From a bacterium (GTDB lineage Bacteria; Hinthialibacterota; Hinthialibacteria; Hinthialibacterales; Hinthialibacteraceae), in NCBI GenBank assembly GCA_963663405.2, contig CAXXSM010000057.1, positions 13,488 through 77,487 on the forward strand: a DNA stretch of 64,000 nt, given 5' to 3'. Positions within the stretch are counted from its first letter, which is position 1. Every line of letters begins with the position of its first letter. Positions 1-11,008 of the stretch are shown piece after piece. Both the position numbers and the translations under genes were made by a program. The notes beneath the pieces are model-generated. The model was not told the DNA's origin. It worked only from the letters and a program-made list of their open reading frames with translations, and did no database searches.

Positions 1-90
1 GTTGGGATTTGTTTTTAGATTGGGGGAGGGTGTTTTTGTCTGAACCTTGATTGTCAGGATTGAAGGATGGCCAGGATATTTTTGGAAGAA

Positions 91-3000
91 TTACCGGATG
101 GAGACTTGTTTTGAATCTTCCCGGAGAACCTCTACAAAGTTGAGGAGAGGCGCTTCTTCTGGTCTCGGTGAATCCTTTTTGGGGATTAATTCAAGAGTGA
201 GATCGTCTTTGACTTGTATGTTGTTGAATTCTTTGATAATGGCTTTGTTGTTCGTTCCAGCGATTTGGTGGATATCGCAATTCGTTTGCACGATATCATC
301 TTGGATTTTTATATCAAAAATACGCTGTCCTGGTTTGTCGCCGGGCATGGCTTTGAATCCCAGGCGGACAGTGTAGGCTTTGGGGGCTTCTTCAGCGTTG
401 TTATCAAGAAGCGGGAGTTTGCAGCGCAGCAATCCAAGACACCCGGAGGCGAAGAGCCAGGGTTTATCCGTTCCATCGATTGTTACGCCTTTAAAATCAT
501 TACGGTAATAGCCCATACCGGATAGGGTTTTGTCAAATAGATTGAACTTGACTCCATAATTGGGGAAATGTGTGTAGGACCGGGTGTTGGGACTGGGATA
601 GCTGAACCAGACGGTTCCTTCGTCATCCTTCATATCCGCGGCGGCGCCAAGATTAAGGGCGAGATGCTTGACGGGCCGCAATTCGCCGGGAGTGACAAAG
701 ACGGTCCAGGGCTGATGCCGGTCGGATTTGCGGATCATCGCCAACGAGCAGCGGATTGGATAGGAGCATGTGCATCCCGCCGCCGCTTCTTGAGAGAGAA
801 GCACGCCGCAGGCGGGGATGACGCTAATCGCGCAGCCGGGACGATAACCGCCGAAGAGGGTGACGCCACGATCTTTTTCCAGATCGTAAAATGCGGTGCA
901 GGCCGAACGGTAAAAGAGACCGTTCGAAGAAGCGGCGGTGATCCCGCACGTATGGCCGGGGCGTAAGAATTCCCACGGGACCGGTTCGCCGGTGACGGGA
1001 TGGGCGCGGGTGATGGTTTCTCCTGTGTATAAATCACAGGCGCGTGGTTCGAGGATAATCTGATCCCCGACGATGACCGGCCGTGTGCGGTAATTCAGGG
1101 CGCGGGACCAGCGGAGATTACCCGAATCGGCGTCGAGGGCTGTGATGCGGCGCCATTTCAAGCCGCCTTCACGGAAGCGCCATGCGTCGTGGTTGCCGTG
1201 ATTGCCGAAGAAGAAGAGAAGTCCGTCCTTGTACGCGGCTCCCATCCGGTCACCACAGCAACCGGTGAGATCGTATGGTTTTTCCCACAATTTGTCTCCT
1301 GTGCGAGCGTCAATCGCAGTAACAATTCGGATATCGGCGTCATCGTAGGTAAGTCCGCCATCGGGAACTTTCTCTTGATAGAGTTCGGCTTCTAAAGAAT
1401 CAATTAAATAAGTAAGTTGCGTTTTGTTGAACGCTTTCCCGGACGCGAGTTTATCGGCGTATTCTTTCTTCATGGCTCGCAATTCTTCGAGAACGCCTTC
1501 CCGTTCTTTATAGGAGCCTTCTTTGATGAGGCGGCGTTTATTTTCAAGCGCTTGGTTTCTTTGGGATTTTGACACGGCGGCGTCCGCGAAAAAGATTTTT
1601 CCATCGCCGTAGGCGATTGTGATATTGGCGATCTTCTCTCCATCCAACGTCCACCGGATTTCGCCAGTTTCCGTATCCATAGCGAAGATTTGATCGCAGA
1701 TCATAAGACTGTCTGTCACAGCGTTTTTCTGTGTAAACTCTCCACCAACGCCGAAGGATGTCATCATCCGGTATAAGGCGCCCGATCTCTGGGCGGCCAT
1801 TTGCACGTCTTTCGCCGTGGGGTATTGTTTTTTGTAGGCTTCATAAAAACCTTTGTATTCCTCTGGTATCTCATCGATTGTTTTCCATTCCCCATTTTCA
1901 ATAAACGCTTTGACCAGCGCGCCGTATTCTTCGTTCATCGCTTTCGCGGCAGAACCATAGAGGACACCGTCCACAACGGATAAATAGCCCCAGCGCCGCT
2001 TGATTCCATCGGACGAGGGGGGAATTTTATATATTCGTATGGTTTCGCCTGTCGCTGGGTCTAAGCGATAGCATTGATCGAAGGCGGCGGTGTATAAGCC
2101 ATTTTCCGTGATGACAAGGTTGCCGCTGTCGGCTTTGATCTTGACGCGTACCGCGCCGGGGATTTCTCGTTTCCAGATCAAAGTTCCGTTGAAAGCGTCG
2201 GCGCACATAATAAGTTCTTCGCCTTCCATAAAGAGGCGTCCATTCATGGCGACGGGGCTTTGGGCTCTAGCGTGCCGTTCAACCATCCCTAGAGGTCCGG
2301 GTTCGCCGAACCAGAGCATGCCCAATGGACCGTTGACACGTTCATCCATGGAACAGGCGGTGTTTTCGGGATCGCAGTACTGTTGTCTCCACGATCCAGC
2401 GCCCGGCAATTCTCCACGAACGTATTTTCTCCATACCCGTTCGCCGTTTTCATGCGAGCAGAGGCAAACCGTTCCACCCCACGGGCGGAGAAGACGATAG
2501 CTATTATCTCGATTCATTGTTGGCTCATTGGGAAAAAGCATGGCGTCGGATACGATTAAATTGGCGAAATAATCTGGAAGTGTTTCGAATTCCCACGGTT
2601 CGACGACAATGCGTGAACCATAGAAACCGGCGGATTCGAGATAGTTCCGCGCCGTTTCCCGTTTGACGGGATCTTTTTCGAGACCGATAATTTGAAGATT
2701 CGTCCGTTTGGCGAGTTCATACGCGAGGCGCCCTTCACCGCAATCGAGAACGAGGCAGTATCCCTTTGTGATACCACTGTCCGAAAGGATTTGTTCCGCG
2801 GCTTGTTGATAGATTGGCGCGCGTTCGTCATTTGGATAGGGATTCGTGTTTACAATAGGTTTAATTTCTTTGGCGGCGTCTGTTTTTGTGTCTCCGTAGC
2901 AATAGATTTGACCTTGGTCACTACTCACAATAAGGCGGTTATTGGAGACAGCCATTCCAGCAGCCTTGCCTTGGATATCACTTTTCCAGAATTCTTTCCC

Positions 3001-4356
3001 TGTCACCTTGTCTAATCCAATGACTTTCCCTTCGGCGCCGATGAAGACACTATCGCCCGCCAGGATCAGTGAACAAAAGTTTTCACCAGCATAGTTCCAG
3101 AGAAGAGTGGAATTTTTTACACGCTGTTGTTCCGCGTCGACTTGATTGATTTTCAGAGTTAATTCCTGGACTCGTTCGTTGATTACCTTCTTGGCGCTCT
3201 CATCGGCGGAACGGAGATTTCTACTTTGAGTGGAAAGTTCGCTCGCAAGCGTATTCTGTTCATTCGAAAGTTCATCGTATCGTTCCACCGCTTCGGCGTA
3301 GGCTTTCCGATTAATCGCAACGGCGCCGTTTCGGTTTAATATGTAGGAGACCTCGCGCGTGACGATTAAGTCGACGCCGGGAAACATGGCGAAGACATTC
3401 TGGCGGCGGGCGCCGGTTTTGGCGTCGTAAGCGGCTTTGTGGGGAACACCTGAATAATCGACGCCGGCGATCAATCGATCTTCATCCAGCAAAGCCCAAA
3501 CACCACCGCGTTTCGCGCCAGGGGAAGCGAAAAAGAGAAAACGCCCGGTACGGCGATCGAAGGCGGCGGGCATCGCGCGGCTGGAGGGAACATATAACAC
3601 GTCGTTGGAAGCGAGCATGTAACCATGTGGAGAGATGCCGCCAAATTCCAATTCATGGGCGCTGTCGCCGATTGTGTCGTTTATCCATACTTCCTCACCA
3701 TCATCGGCCCGCAGCGCGCAGATGTACAATCCTTCATAAGGGAAGACGCCCGCTGCGAAGTAGACAATACCATCATCGACCAATACGTTTGTTCTAACGG
3801 GCCAGAGTGAGATCATTCGTCCATTGCCGATGACTTTTTCTTCGCTGGGAGCGGCTCGATATTTCCAGATCAGAGAACCGTCTTCATCGTCGAGACAGTA
3901 GACGAAACCGTCATCGGACCCGGCGAAAATCTTGTTTTCATAAACGGTAGGCGCGAAACGGACCGGGCCCTGTGTAGCGAATGTCCAGCGGACTTCACCA
4001 CTGGCCGCATCGAGCGCGTAGATTTTATTCGTCACGCAGGAGCCAAAAAAAACACGGTCTCCGGCGATGACGGTGTGATACGCGTTATCGACGTGGGTGC
4101 GGGGTAGTTCCTCCGACGGCATCGGCCAGGCGGGTTTTGGAGGATGGACTGGTATATATGTCCATTGGGGATAGAGTAGACGGTTGATGGAATCATGGGA
4201 GATTCCGCTTCGGGTATTGTCCGCTCTATACGTTGTCCAATCCGCAGCGATCCCGGTGATACAATGTACCCACAATAAGAGGAAACAGAAAAGAACAGTG
4301 GATACTCTAACAATCCATTTCGTTTTTGTTTTTGCATTACGCCATTCCCGATTCAC
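91..4356 (-). CDS. Secreted PQQ-binding-like beta-propeller repeat protein with central SAM-methyltransferase-like domain and C-terminal malectin-like domain (1421 aa)
   Basis: Signal peptide ending IAA-DWTTYRADNTRSG; repeated propeller blades (IYALDAASGEVRW, VYCLDDEDGSLIW, FAMDTETGEIRW); CLVLDCGEGRLAYELA methyltransferase-like motif; YTVRLGF..GQRIFDIKIQ..PLLNFVEV malectin-like tail. The architecture is common in Planctomycetes-like bacteria. Confidence 0.8.
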   Translation of the reverse strand: MNREWRNAKTKTKWIVRVSTVLFCFLLLWVHCITGIAADWTTYRADNTRSGISHDSINRLLYPQWTYIPVHPPKPAWPMPSEELPRTHVDNAYHTVIAGDRVFFGSCVTNKIYALDAASGEVRWTFATQGPVRFAPTVYENKIFAGSDDGFVYCLDDEDGSLIWKYRAAPSEEKVIGNGRMISLWPVRTNVLVDDGIVYFAAGVFPYEGLYICALRADDGEEVWINDTIGDSAHELEFGGISPHGYMLASNDVLYVPSSRAMPAAFDRRTGRFLFFASPGAKRGGVWALLDEDRLIAGVDYSGVPHKAAYDAKTGARRQNVFAMFPGVDLIVTREVSYILNRNGAVAINRKAYAEAVERYDELSNEQNTLASELSTQSRNLRSADESAKKVINERVQELTLKINQVDAEQQRVKNSTLLWNYAGENFCSLILAGDSVFIGAEGKVIGLDKVTGKEFWKSDIQGKAAGMAVSNNRLIVSSDQGQIYCYGDTKTDAAKEIKPIVNTNPYPNDERAPIYQQAAEQILSDSGITKGYCLVLDCGEGRLAYELAKRTNLQIIGLEKDPVKRETARNYLESAGFYGSRIVVEPWEFETLPDYFANLIVSDAMLFPNEPTMNRDNSYRLLRPWGGTVCLCSHENGERVWRKYVRGELPGAGSWRQQYCDPENTACSMDERVNGPLGMLWFGEPGPLGMVERHARAQSPVAMNGRLFMEGEELIMCADAFNGTLIWKREIPGAVRVKIKADSGNLVITENGLYTAAFDQCYRLDPATGETIRIYKIPPSSDGIKRRWGYLSVVDGVLYGSAAKAMNEEYGALVKAFIENGEWKTIDEIPEEYKGFYEAYKKQYPTAKDVQMAAQRSGALYRMMTSFGVGGEFTQKNAVTDSLMICDQIFAMDTETGEIRWTLDGEKIANITIAYGDGKIFFADAAVSKSQRNQALENKRRLIKEGSYKEREGVLEELRAMKKEYADKLASGKAFNKTQLTYLIDSLEAELYQEKVPDGGLTYDDADIRIVTAIDARTGDKLWEKPYDLTGCCGDRMGAAYKDGLLFFFGNHGNHDAWRFREGGLKWRRITALDADSGNLRWSRALNYRTRPVIVGDQIILEPRACDLYTGETITRAHPVTGEPVPWEFLRPGHTCGITAASSNGLFYRSACTAFYDLEKDRGVTLFGGYRPGCAISVIPACGVLLSQEAAAGCTCSYPIRCSLAMIRKSDRHQPWTVFVTPGELRPVKHLALNLGAAADMKDDEGTVWFSYPSPNTRSYTHFPNYGVKFNLFDKTLSGMGYYRNDFKGVTIDGTDKPWLFASGCLGLLRCKLPLLDNNAEEAPKAYTVRLGFKAMPGDKPGQRIFDIKIQDDIVQTNCDIHQIAGTNNKAIIKEFNNIQVKDDLTLELIPKKDSPRPEEAPLLNFVEVLREDSKQVSIR

Positions 4357-4535
4357 AGTTACACTCCTTTTACAAAGAATTAGAACACTATATGCATTAC
4401 ATTTAATTCATTGATTGCTTTCATTCCTTTAAATCTGGTAAGATAAAACGATCGTAAGGAATGCTCTACCTGAATGGAGAGGATACCCAGGATTTGAATG
4501 ATCATTTTGGAATCGTTGTATTTATTTTTTATTCA

Positions 4536-4579
4536 CGGACGAGACGCCCGCGTTCCATTGACGGGATACCCGCGTTCTA
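4536..4579. repeat. Two degenerate REP-like units (shared core CCCGCGTTC) just downstream of the prepilin gene
   Basis: cggacgagacgcccgcgttcc followed by gacgggatacccgcgttct; resembles the GAGACGCCCGCG-type extragenic repeats of PVC-group bacteria and Acidobacteria. Confidence 0.35.
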
Positions 4580-4587
4580 AAAGAGTT

Positions 4588-5217
4588 TTAAAACGTTGAG
4601 CTCCAACCCGCTTTGTAATACTGTTCAAAATATTCCGTTCCCCCGCCTTTGCGGAATTCCCAAATATACCATAAATCGCCATTGCTGACGACGCCGTTGG
4701 TGGGATGGTACGTGGCGGGGCCTTGGCTGCGGTGCCAATCGCCGCTGTCGCCGTCTGGACCCGTCGCGCAAAGCAAACCCCATCCACCATTCGCATTCGA
4801 ACAATCATAATCTTCGTAGGAGTAGAACAAGCCATTCGCGAAGGGATCAATGGGGATGGAGGTGAGATAGGCGATGGGAGTAGTGAGAGGGCGGTAGATC
4901 TGCCCATTGAACCGCATTGTTCCCTGTCCGGCGACCATAACGATATTCGCTTGTTCAGCGGTCTTTCCAAAATAATCCCCATCCATGCAGCATTCTTCTG
5001 TACCATCGCAGTCGTTTCCATCGATCAGCCAGATATTTCTATCGAGGTGAAGCATTTCAGTAGCGTTCAATATCGTACGCATATCGGCTTGCGAGCGTGC
5101 GATTCTTGCGCGGATTTGAGCGTTGAGAAAATTGGGGACAGCGATCGCCGCCAGGATGCCAATGATAGCGACCACGATGAGAAGTTCGATCAGAGTGAAG
5201 CCTTTGCGCTGAATCAT
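4588..5217 (-). CDS. Prepilin-type N-terminal cleavage/methylation domain protein (type IV pilin/pseudopilin-like)
   Basis: Class III signal KG|FTLIELLIVVAIIGILAAIAVPNF with Glu5; PIDPF and YHPTNGVVSNGD motifs near the C-terminus. Confidence 0.9.
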   Translation of the reverse strand: MIQRKGFTLIELLIVVAIIGILAAIAVPNFLNAQIRARIARSQADMRTILNATEMLHLDRNIWLIDGNDCDGTEECCMDGDYFGKTAEQANIVMVAGQGTMRFNGQIYRPLTTPIAYLTSIPIDPFANGLFYSYEDYDCSNANGGWGLLCATGPDGDSGDWHRSQGPATYHPTNGVVSNGDLWYIWEFRKGGGTEYFEQYYKAGWSSTF

Positions 5218-5715
5218 TGCACTCAGTTCCTTTCTAGTACCGATTCAAGAAAATTCTTCTCTATGTAGATTACAGCCATATTTTCAATTTCGCAATTCTA
5301 CTTTGTTTTTATTAGTAGGGTATTAAACTCATGGCTGAAGATTATTAGGTTTTTCTTTACTCATCGGCCATTAGCGGATGGTTAAAATAATCGTCCATCT
5401 TTTTGAAGTGTCATTTGATTATCCTCCAGTTCAAGGGATATCACACACTCAGCTTTCTTCCCACTCAACGAGAAGCCAATTTTATTAAAGCCTTCATAAT
5501 GAGAGGTATTACTGCTTGAATGACATCCAGAGCGGTTTCATTCATGGGGAAGGGGATCCTATGATATAACATTAATATTTATAATCGTTTATCGGTTGTC
5601 TGATTGATGATTGAACTCTGCGCAAGACCTTTGATGATAGATGGCGCCGGAAGAAAAAATTTTTCCAATCAGTGGATATTGTGAAGGGCCTGGAATACGA
5701 AAGGAACGGAGGAGA

Positions 5716-8700
5716 ATGCGAAAGTTCGTATCAGTTGTGAGTTTTATGGTCTTTGTAGTGACGTATGGGACGGTCTATGCAGGTGATGTTGAACGACTCG
5801 CGCTTTGGCCGGAGATGGAGGCATGGCTGGAAGGCGAAGGCCAGGGATTTATCGTGCCCACCATTGAAACAACGGATTGGATTGGCTTTGTCAGTGAAGG
5901 AAACCGGATTCGTGGACTCGACACGGGCCACAGTTTCCGTTATGTGTTTGACCGTCAGGGGACGTTTTACTTAGGCGTGATTCTAATCGATGATCCCGAT
6001 GGCGTTGAAAGCCTCAAGGTGTCTTTCAAGGGACGCGAAATCGGCATCATTTACGGTAAAGATGACAATGGCAAGGCTCTCTACAGTTTCTCTGAACCTC
6101 TAACAGTAAAACCGGGCGACGCGCTCGATTTTGTCTGCCTCACCCCGGTGGGCTGTTACCGAATCTATGACCTGGTCTTTGCGAAACAGCCCATTTTACC
6201 GCCCAGGCCGGAATTTAGATTCATTGAAACCTGGTGTACAACGCCGGGGAATATAGATATCTGCTGGACAACAACCGGTATTGTGAAAACAGGGCGCTTG
6301 GAATATGAGAGCGCAGAAATCAGATTTCAATCCGCCGTGTCACAGGCCGAAGGACGAAATCACCGAATTCGGCTAACGGGGTTGGATACCTCTGTGGAAT
6401 ATACAGGCCGGATCATAACGGATTGGCAGGGAAAGGAATTTACCTCGAAGCCGTTCTCGTTCCGGGCGGCGCCCAAGAAACTGGCTTCATCCCAGCCATG
6501 CTCGATTGATCTCATGATAGAAGAGCCGGCAGAGACCAAACGCCGCGCATGGCCCGTCACGATTGGTGTGCCTTTTTCGCGTGGGAAACTCGCGCAAGTA
6601 GAGGATTTACGCTTGTCAGATCCACAGGGTAAACCAGTCACTCTCCAAGCGTCAACCGTGTCAATTTGGGATGATGGAAGCCTTAAATGGGTCACATTGG
6701 ATTTCTTGGCGGATAGCGGTATTGACGCATACCGCTTGGAAGCAAAACCTCATGAAGCAACGCGCAACGAGAGTACGTCTAAACTTCTCACGATCGCCGA
6801 ATCGAATGAAGGATGGGATCTGTCAGCCAACGCTTTATGTTTTACAATCGCAAAGAAGGGAACAACATTCTTCGGGCAGTATGGATTCGATAAAAACCAA
6901 AATGGGGTGATTGAATCGGAGGAAATGATATCAGGCGCCTCCTCATCAGGACTCATGTTGGAAACGGGAGAGAGACAAATCCTGACCTGCGCGGCGCCAG
7001 AGGCTGTCAATGTAAGGGAGAATGGACCTGTTCGGGCAATGGTAGAGAGCGCCGGTGTGATGCAAGACTCAAACAGAGAACATGAATGGCGCTATCTGAT
7101 TCGGTTTACATTCTGGCGGGGAATATCGGGTATGGCGGTCAACGTGACTTTGTGGAACGGAGAGGGAAAAACCTGCGTTCCGGAAGATCCGGCGCTTATC
7201 AGTCAATGTGCCCTTGGCTGATGATCTTGGCCTTAAGGGATCGTTTCAAGGCGAAAAACTCGCCAAGGTCACAAAAGATGTTTCGATGCGTCTTTTCCAA
7301 GATCAAGACCGCCACTATATACAATCCATCGGCGCGGAAGAAAAAGAAGGTGAACGGGCCAGGGGATTTGTGTCAATGAGCCAAAGTTCAGGGCTGATGT
7401 CTCTGCTTTTCCGTGATTTCTGGCAAACGTATCCCAGCGCGTTGGAACTCAATACAACGGGATTGCGCGTGGATTTGCTGCCCGCTTTAGAGCCGGGCGC
7501 CTATACCGTAGAGAACGCCAATGGATGGTTCCATCGTCTATACGCATGGTTTGATGAAGGCTGCTATCTCATGCGCGCCGGACAAACCACGCAACATGAG
7601 TTTTATCTCTGGTTTGACCGCGACAACGACATTCAAAAGGCGGTCCGGCAGGCGGAGTGGTTCTCGCAACCGTTGCTGGCGCAGGCTTCACCCGAATATC
7701 TTTGTACGACAGGGGTTTTGGGAGGGGATCTGTTTCCAAAGACACCCGGTGTATGGGATTCGTATGAATCCTTTTTCGAAAGTGGATTCGCCGGATTGGT
7801 CCAAGCGCGTGAAGCGGATCGGATGTATGGGTGGATGAATTTCGGTGATTGGTATGGGGAGCGTGGATACAATGCGGGTAATAACGAATACGACCTTGCA
7901 TGGTGCCTGGGCATGCAATGGATGCGAACCGGCGGCCGGCGCTGCTTCACCCCCGGTCTTGAAATGGCTCGGCACTATGCGACTGTCGATACGATCCGGG
8001 GCGCATGGACGGAGAACCTTCCTGGTGTAGTGTGGGAACATTCCTTTAACCATGTGGGCACGCAGCGAACGCTTGATGAACTTGGTTTCGATGATCATGC
8101 GCGCAAGTACGCGGCCAGCGAGCCTGGCACTTTCCAAGGCGGTATGGATCCACAAGGCCATATCTTCGAAGATGGCGTATGGCTCTACGGCCTTCTCACG
8201 GGCGATACTTTTCTTTTGGATACGGCGGAGCGCGTGTGCTCTCGTCAAGCCGATTTCCTGACCCCCACCTTCGATTTCGAGATTGAACGCGGAGGCGGAT
8301 GGCCTCTCATCAATGCTTCCGGAGCCTATCTGTTTACAGGAAATCCCTACTATCTGAATGCGGCGCGTATCATGGTACAGCGTTGCCTCGAACGCCACGA
8401 TCCCCAGCACGGCGGGTGGCCTCATGTGCCTCCTATTAACGAAACACAGGGCGCGCCTGTTGTAGGCGGAAAAGCCTTCGCTACGGGTGTTCTCAGTTAT
8501 GGTTTGCTTCGCTATCTGCATGTCGAACCCAGGGACCGGCCTGAGGTGGAGCAAATGCTGATCAACACAGCGGATTGGCTCATGAACGAGTCCTGGGAGC
8601 CGGGAAACGGTTTCAAGTATATCACGAACTCACCAACGCACGTTGGCCAGGGACATCGAGGTCATTCATGCCTTTTGAATTCCGCCATCATCGGCTACGC

Positions 8701-8881
8701 CTACGAAAAGACGGGCGACAAGAAATATCTGGAATTCTGGAATGAGATGATGGCCGGCGCCTTCGATGCTGGACTCACTGGATGGGGGAAGGAATTTTCA
8801 CAGGGAAGCCGGCAAACGATATTCGGTCTTGCACGGGCTATGAGAGCGGGTATAACGGCCTGTAAATCCCTTAAGAATTAA
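5716..8881 (+). CDS. Secreted PcRGLX/YetA-like (exo-rhamnogalacturonan lyase-like) protein, split by one frameshift
   Basis: RBS ggaggag before ATG 5716 and signal peptide MRKFVSVVSFMVFVV; RIFT-barrel motif PVTIGVPF..LRL..W.DGSLKW; toroid motif YGWMNFGDW..NNEYD. ORFs 5641-7221 and 7208-8881 join as GKPAFRKIRRLSVNVPLADD if one A is removed from the A5 run at 7167-7171. Confidence 0.7.
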
Positions 8882-8927
8882 GGCGCAGATTATCGTCCAC
8901 TCCTTACGGTGGGTTATTCAATCGAGT

Positions 8928-10979
8928 TTATTTGTAGCATTCCCAACAGATTTTCTTGATACAGAGATTCGATCCTTCGATTTCGATCCAGCGGATGCCT
9001 TGTTCGCTTCGTAGGGTAACTGTTTCCGTAATTACTTTTGTGCTTTCTTGAGATTGGGCCGTGCTGACGATCCTAGCGTCATCGCCTTTCGCATAGAATG
9101 TCACACCTGTTTGATGCGTGAGTTCAACTTGTACTTCCTTTGGAGCGATCCCGTCACAAGCGCTCGCTGGAAAGCGGATTGCAGCGAATTCTCCGTCCGC
9201 TTCGGAATAAGGGATTAAGACGTCTAATTGACCGTCTCCGTCGCAATCCTCCACACTCAGTTTTATTGGTGAACCATCGTGTGCGCGGGCGTGTTCGATT
9301 TTCACGGATCTCCAGTCTACATAGAGCAGGTCGTTTACCGCTGCGTCGTAAAGATCGCTTGCTTGTACGCAGATGGGAATTCCTGGAGTTTGTTTGGAAA
9401 TGATTTGAACGGAATCTGTTTTCAGGTCCATCCAGTTTTTGGGCCGGATGATTTGTGATTCACCGGAGTTGATCTGCAAACCGGTCAGATCGACTGTTTT
9501 ATCATCCGTTTTATAACGGCTGTTGATTTGCAGATCGTACGCCAAACTCGCGCGATCGCTTTTCATCTCAAGCGCCGTTTGGTTCTTGATCACGCTGAAT
9601 TGAACGGGGGTGTCCTTGGGAGTTGAGAGATTCGACAGTTTGAAGGTTCGGAACTGACTTTTTGGATGGATGATTTGAGTGAATTGAACGTTGAACCGGT
9701 CCGCGTCCAGATTATTCTGCAATGTCAGAAGCGGAGCGGTCGATCCAGGATGTTCAAGGTGGATTTGGTCTACACCCCTGCCGCCTTCGGCTTGTACGCG
9801 CAGAAATCCCCGCCGTCCGGCGGTGATCATCTCATACCCGCTGGCGCTGGAACGGACTTGAATATCCAACACGCCTCCGGGATTGCCAAAGAGAAAATAG
9901 ACTTCGAAGTCATAGGGCTCGCCCCCATTCGCCGGAAACCAGGGAACCATATTGAGCATACCCGTGGCAGGATCGTTGTCGATTTCCTTGGTTCCAGGTT
10001 TGAACAGGCGTTTTCCTTTGGCGTTGGTAATCTGCTCAAGAGTGGCGCCTGAGAAGAAGAATTCGTGCGCGTAGTATAGAACGCCCAAACCCAACGAGGC
10101 TGCTGATCGGGATGTTGGACCGGCCATGGAGATTGGAATGATCGTGATGCCTCCACCGCTCGAAGGGCTTCCCGACCACATTCCGGATGGCATTTCATAT
10201 TCCCAACTGTGATCGGACTTGATCCGGATGTAATTGAGTCCGTCTTCATAAAAGTATTTTGTGTCTGGATCGTACCAACTGCGGTTGGAGTCGTAGAGGT
10301 ACAAGCGTTTGTCATCCGCGCCGTAATCCATGGTTTTGTAGACAGTCATCGCATGCGCGCCGTCCGTGGGGCTGGCTGATCTTGAAAGGCTGACGATGAC
10401 GGGATCGTTTCGCATCATATAACCCTGCGCTTGATCGAACGCGTACAATCCATCACGGTGTTTCCCGATTGCGATTAATTCCAAATAGAATTTGAGTGAA
10501 GCCAGGTTGAGCTGATGGCCGTGCATCATATTGATCGCCCGTTTCAGGCGTGGGTCTGTCGGCCCCGCATTGACTCCTCCCGGGCCTTTTCCATTGATGT
10601 CGCCGGAATAGGCTGGGATAGGTTGGCAAAAACCGAGGTAGCCGCCTTTTTGCTCGATCAACAAACCGAGAAGAGACATCCCATAACAGTCGCCATGGTT
10701 GCCTATACCGGGTTTATAGACTTCATCATAAAAGAGCGTTTCAATCGCTGAGGCCGCAGAGTCATGCGTTGGAGGAATTCCGATAAACGTATTTTTATAA
10801 ATTTCCCAACTCAAACCGGGTGTGGGGAAATTGAGGAAATACCACCCATACTCCGCCGCGTAGTGCTGCGCCGATGAAACGGGAATCGTGAGAAGGTAGA
10901 CGATTGAAAAGATGATGAGTGTATATATATTCCGTCGTAATTTCATAGCGCGCCTCATGTTTCCACTTTGTTTTTTCAT
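8928..10979 (-). CDS. Secreted protein with papain/transglutaminase-like Cys-His-Asp protease domain and beta-rich C-terminal domains (683 aa)
   Basis: Signal peptide; GDCYGMS (C98), GAHAMTVY (H209) and LYLYDSN (D230) in papain-fold order; DCDGDGQLD calcium-loop-like motif near the C-terminus. Confidence 0.6.
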   Translation of the reverse strand: MKKQSGNMRRAMKLRRNIYTLIIFSIVYLLTIPVSSAQHYAAEYGWYFLNFPTPGLSWEIYKNTFIGIPPTHDSAASAIETLFYDEVYKPGIGNHGDCYGMSLLGLLIEQKGGYLGFCQPIPAYSGDINGKGPGGVNAGPTDPRLKRAINMMHGHQLNLASLKFYLELIAIGKHRDGLYAFDQAQGYMMRNDPVIVSLSRSASPTDGAHAMTVYKTMDYGADDKRLYLYDSNRSWYDPDTKYFYEDGLNYIRIKSDHSWEYEMPSGMWSGSPSSGGGITIIPISMAGPTSRSAASLGLGVLYYAHEFFFSGATLEQITNAKGKRLFKPGTKEIDNDPATGMLNMVPWFPANGGEPYDFEVYFLFGNPGGVLDIQVRSSASGYEMITAGRRGFLRVQAEGGRGVDQIHLEHPGSTAPLLTLQNNLDADRFNVQFTQIIHPKSQFRTFKLSNLSTPKDTPVQFSVIKNQTALEMKSDRASLAYDLQINSRYKTDDKTVDLTGLQINSGESQIIRPKNWMDLKTDSVQIISKQTPGIPICVQASDLYDAAVNDLLYVDWRSVKIEHARAHDGSPIKLSVEDCDGDGQLDVLIPYSEADGEFAAIRFPASACDGIAPKEVQVELTHQTGVTFYAKGDDARIVSTAQSQESTKVITETVTLRSEQGIRWIEIEGSNLCIKKICWECYK

Positions 10980-11008
10980 TGAACGAATTCCAACAATTTC
11001 CTTACTCT

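Noticed and set aside
4533-5268. Alternative ORFs 4533-5021 and 4705-5268
   Set aside because: Overlap the well-supported prepilin gene in other frames.
7688-8554. 288 aa minus-strand ORF
   Set aside because: Antisense shadow of the lyase-like gene; no motifs.
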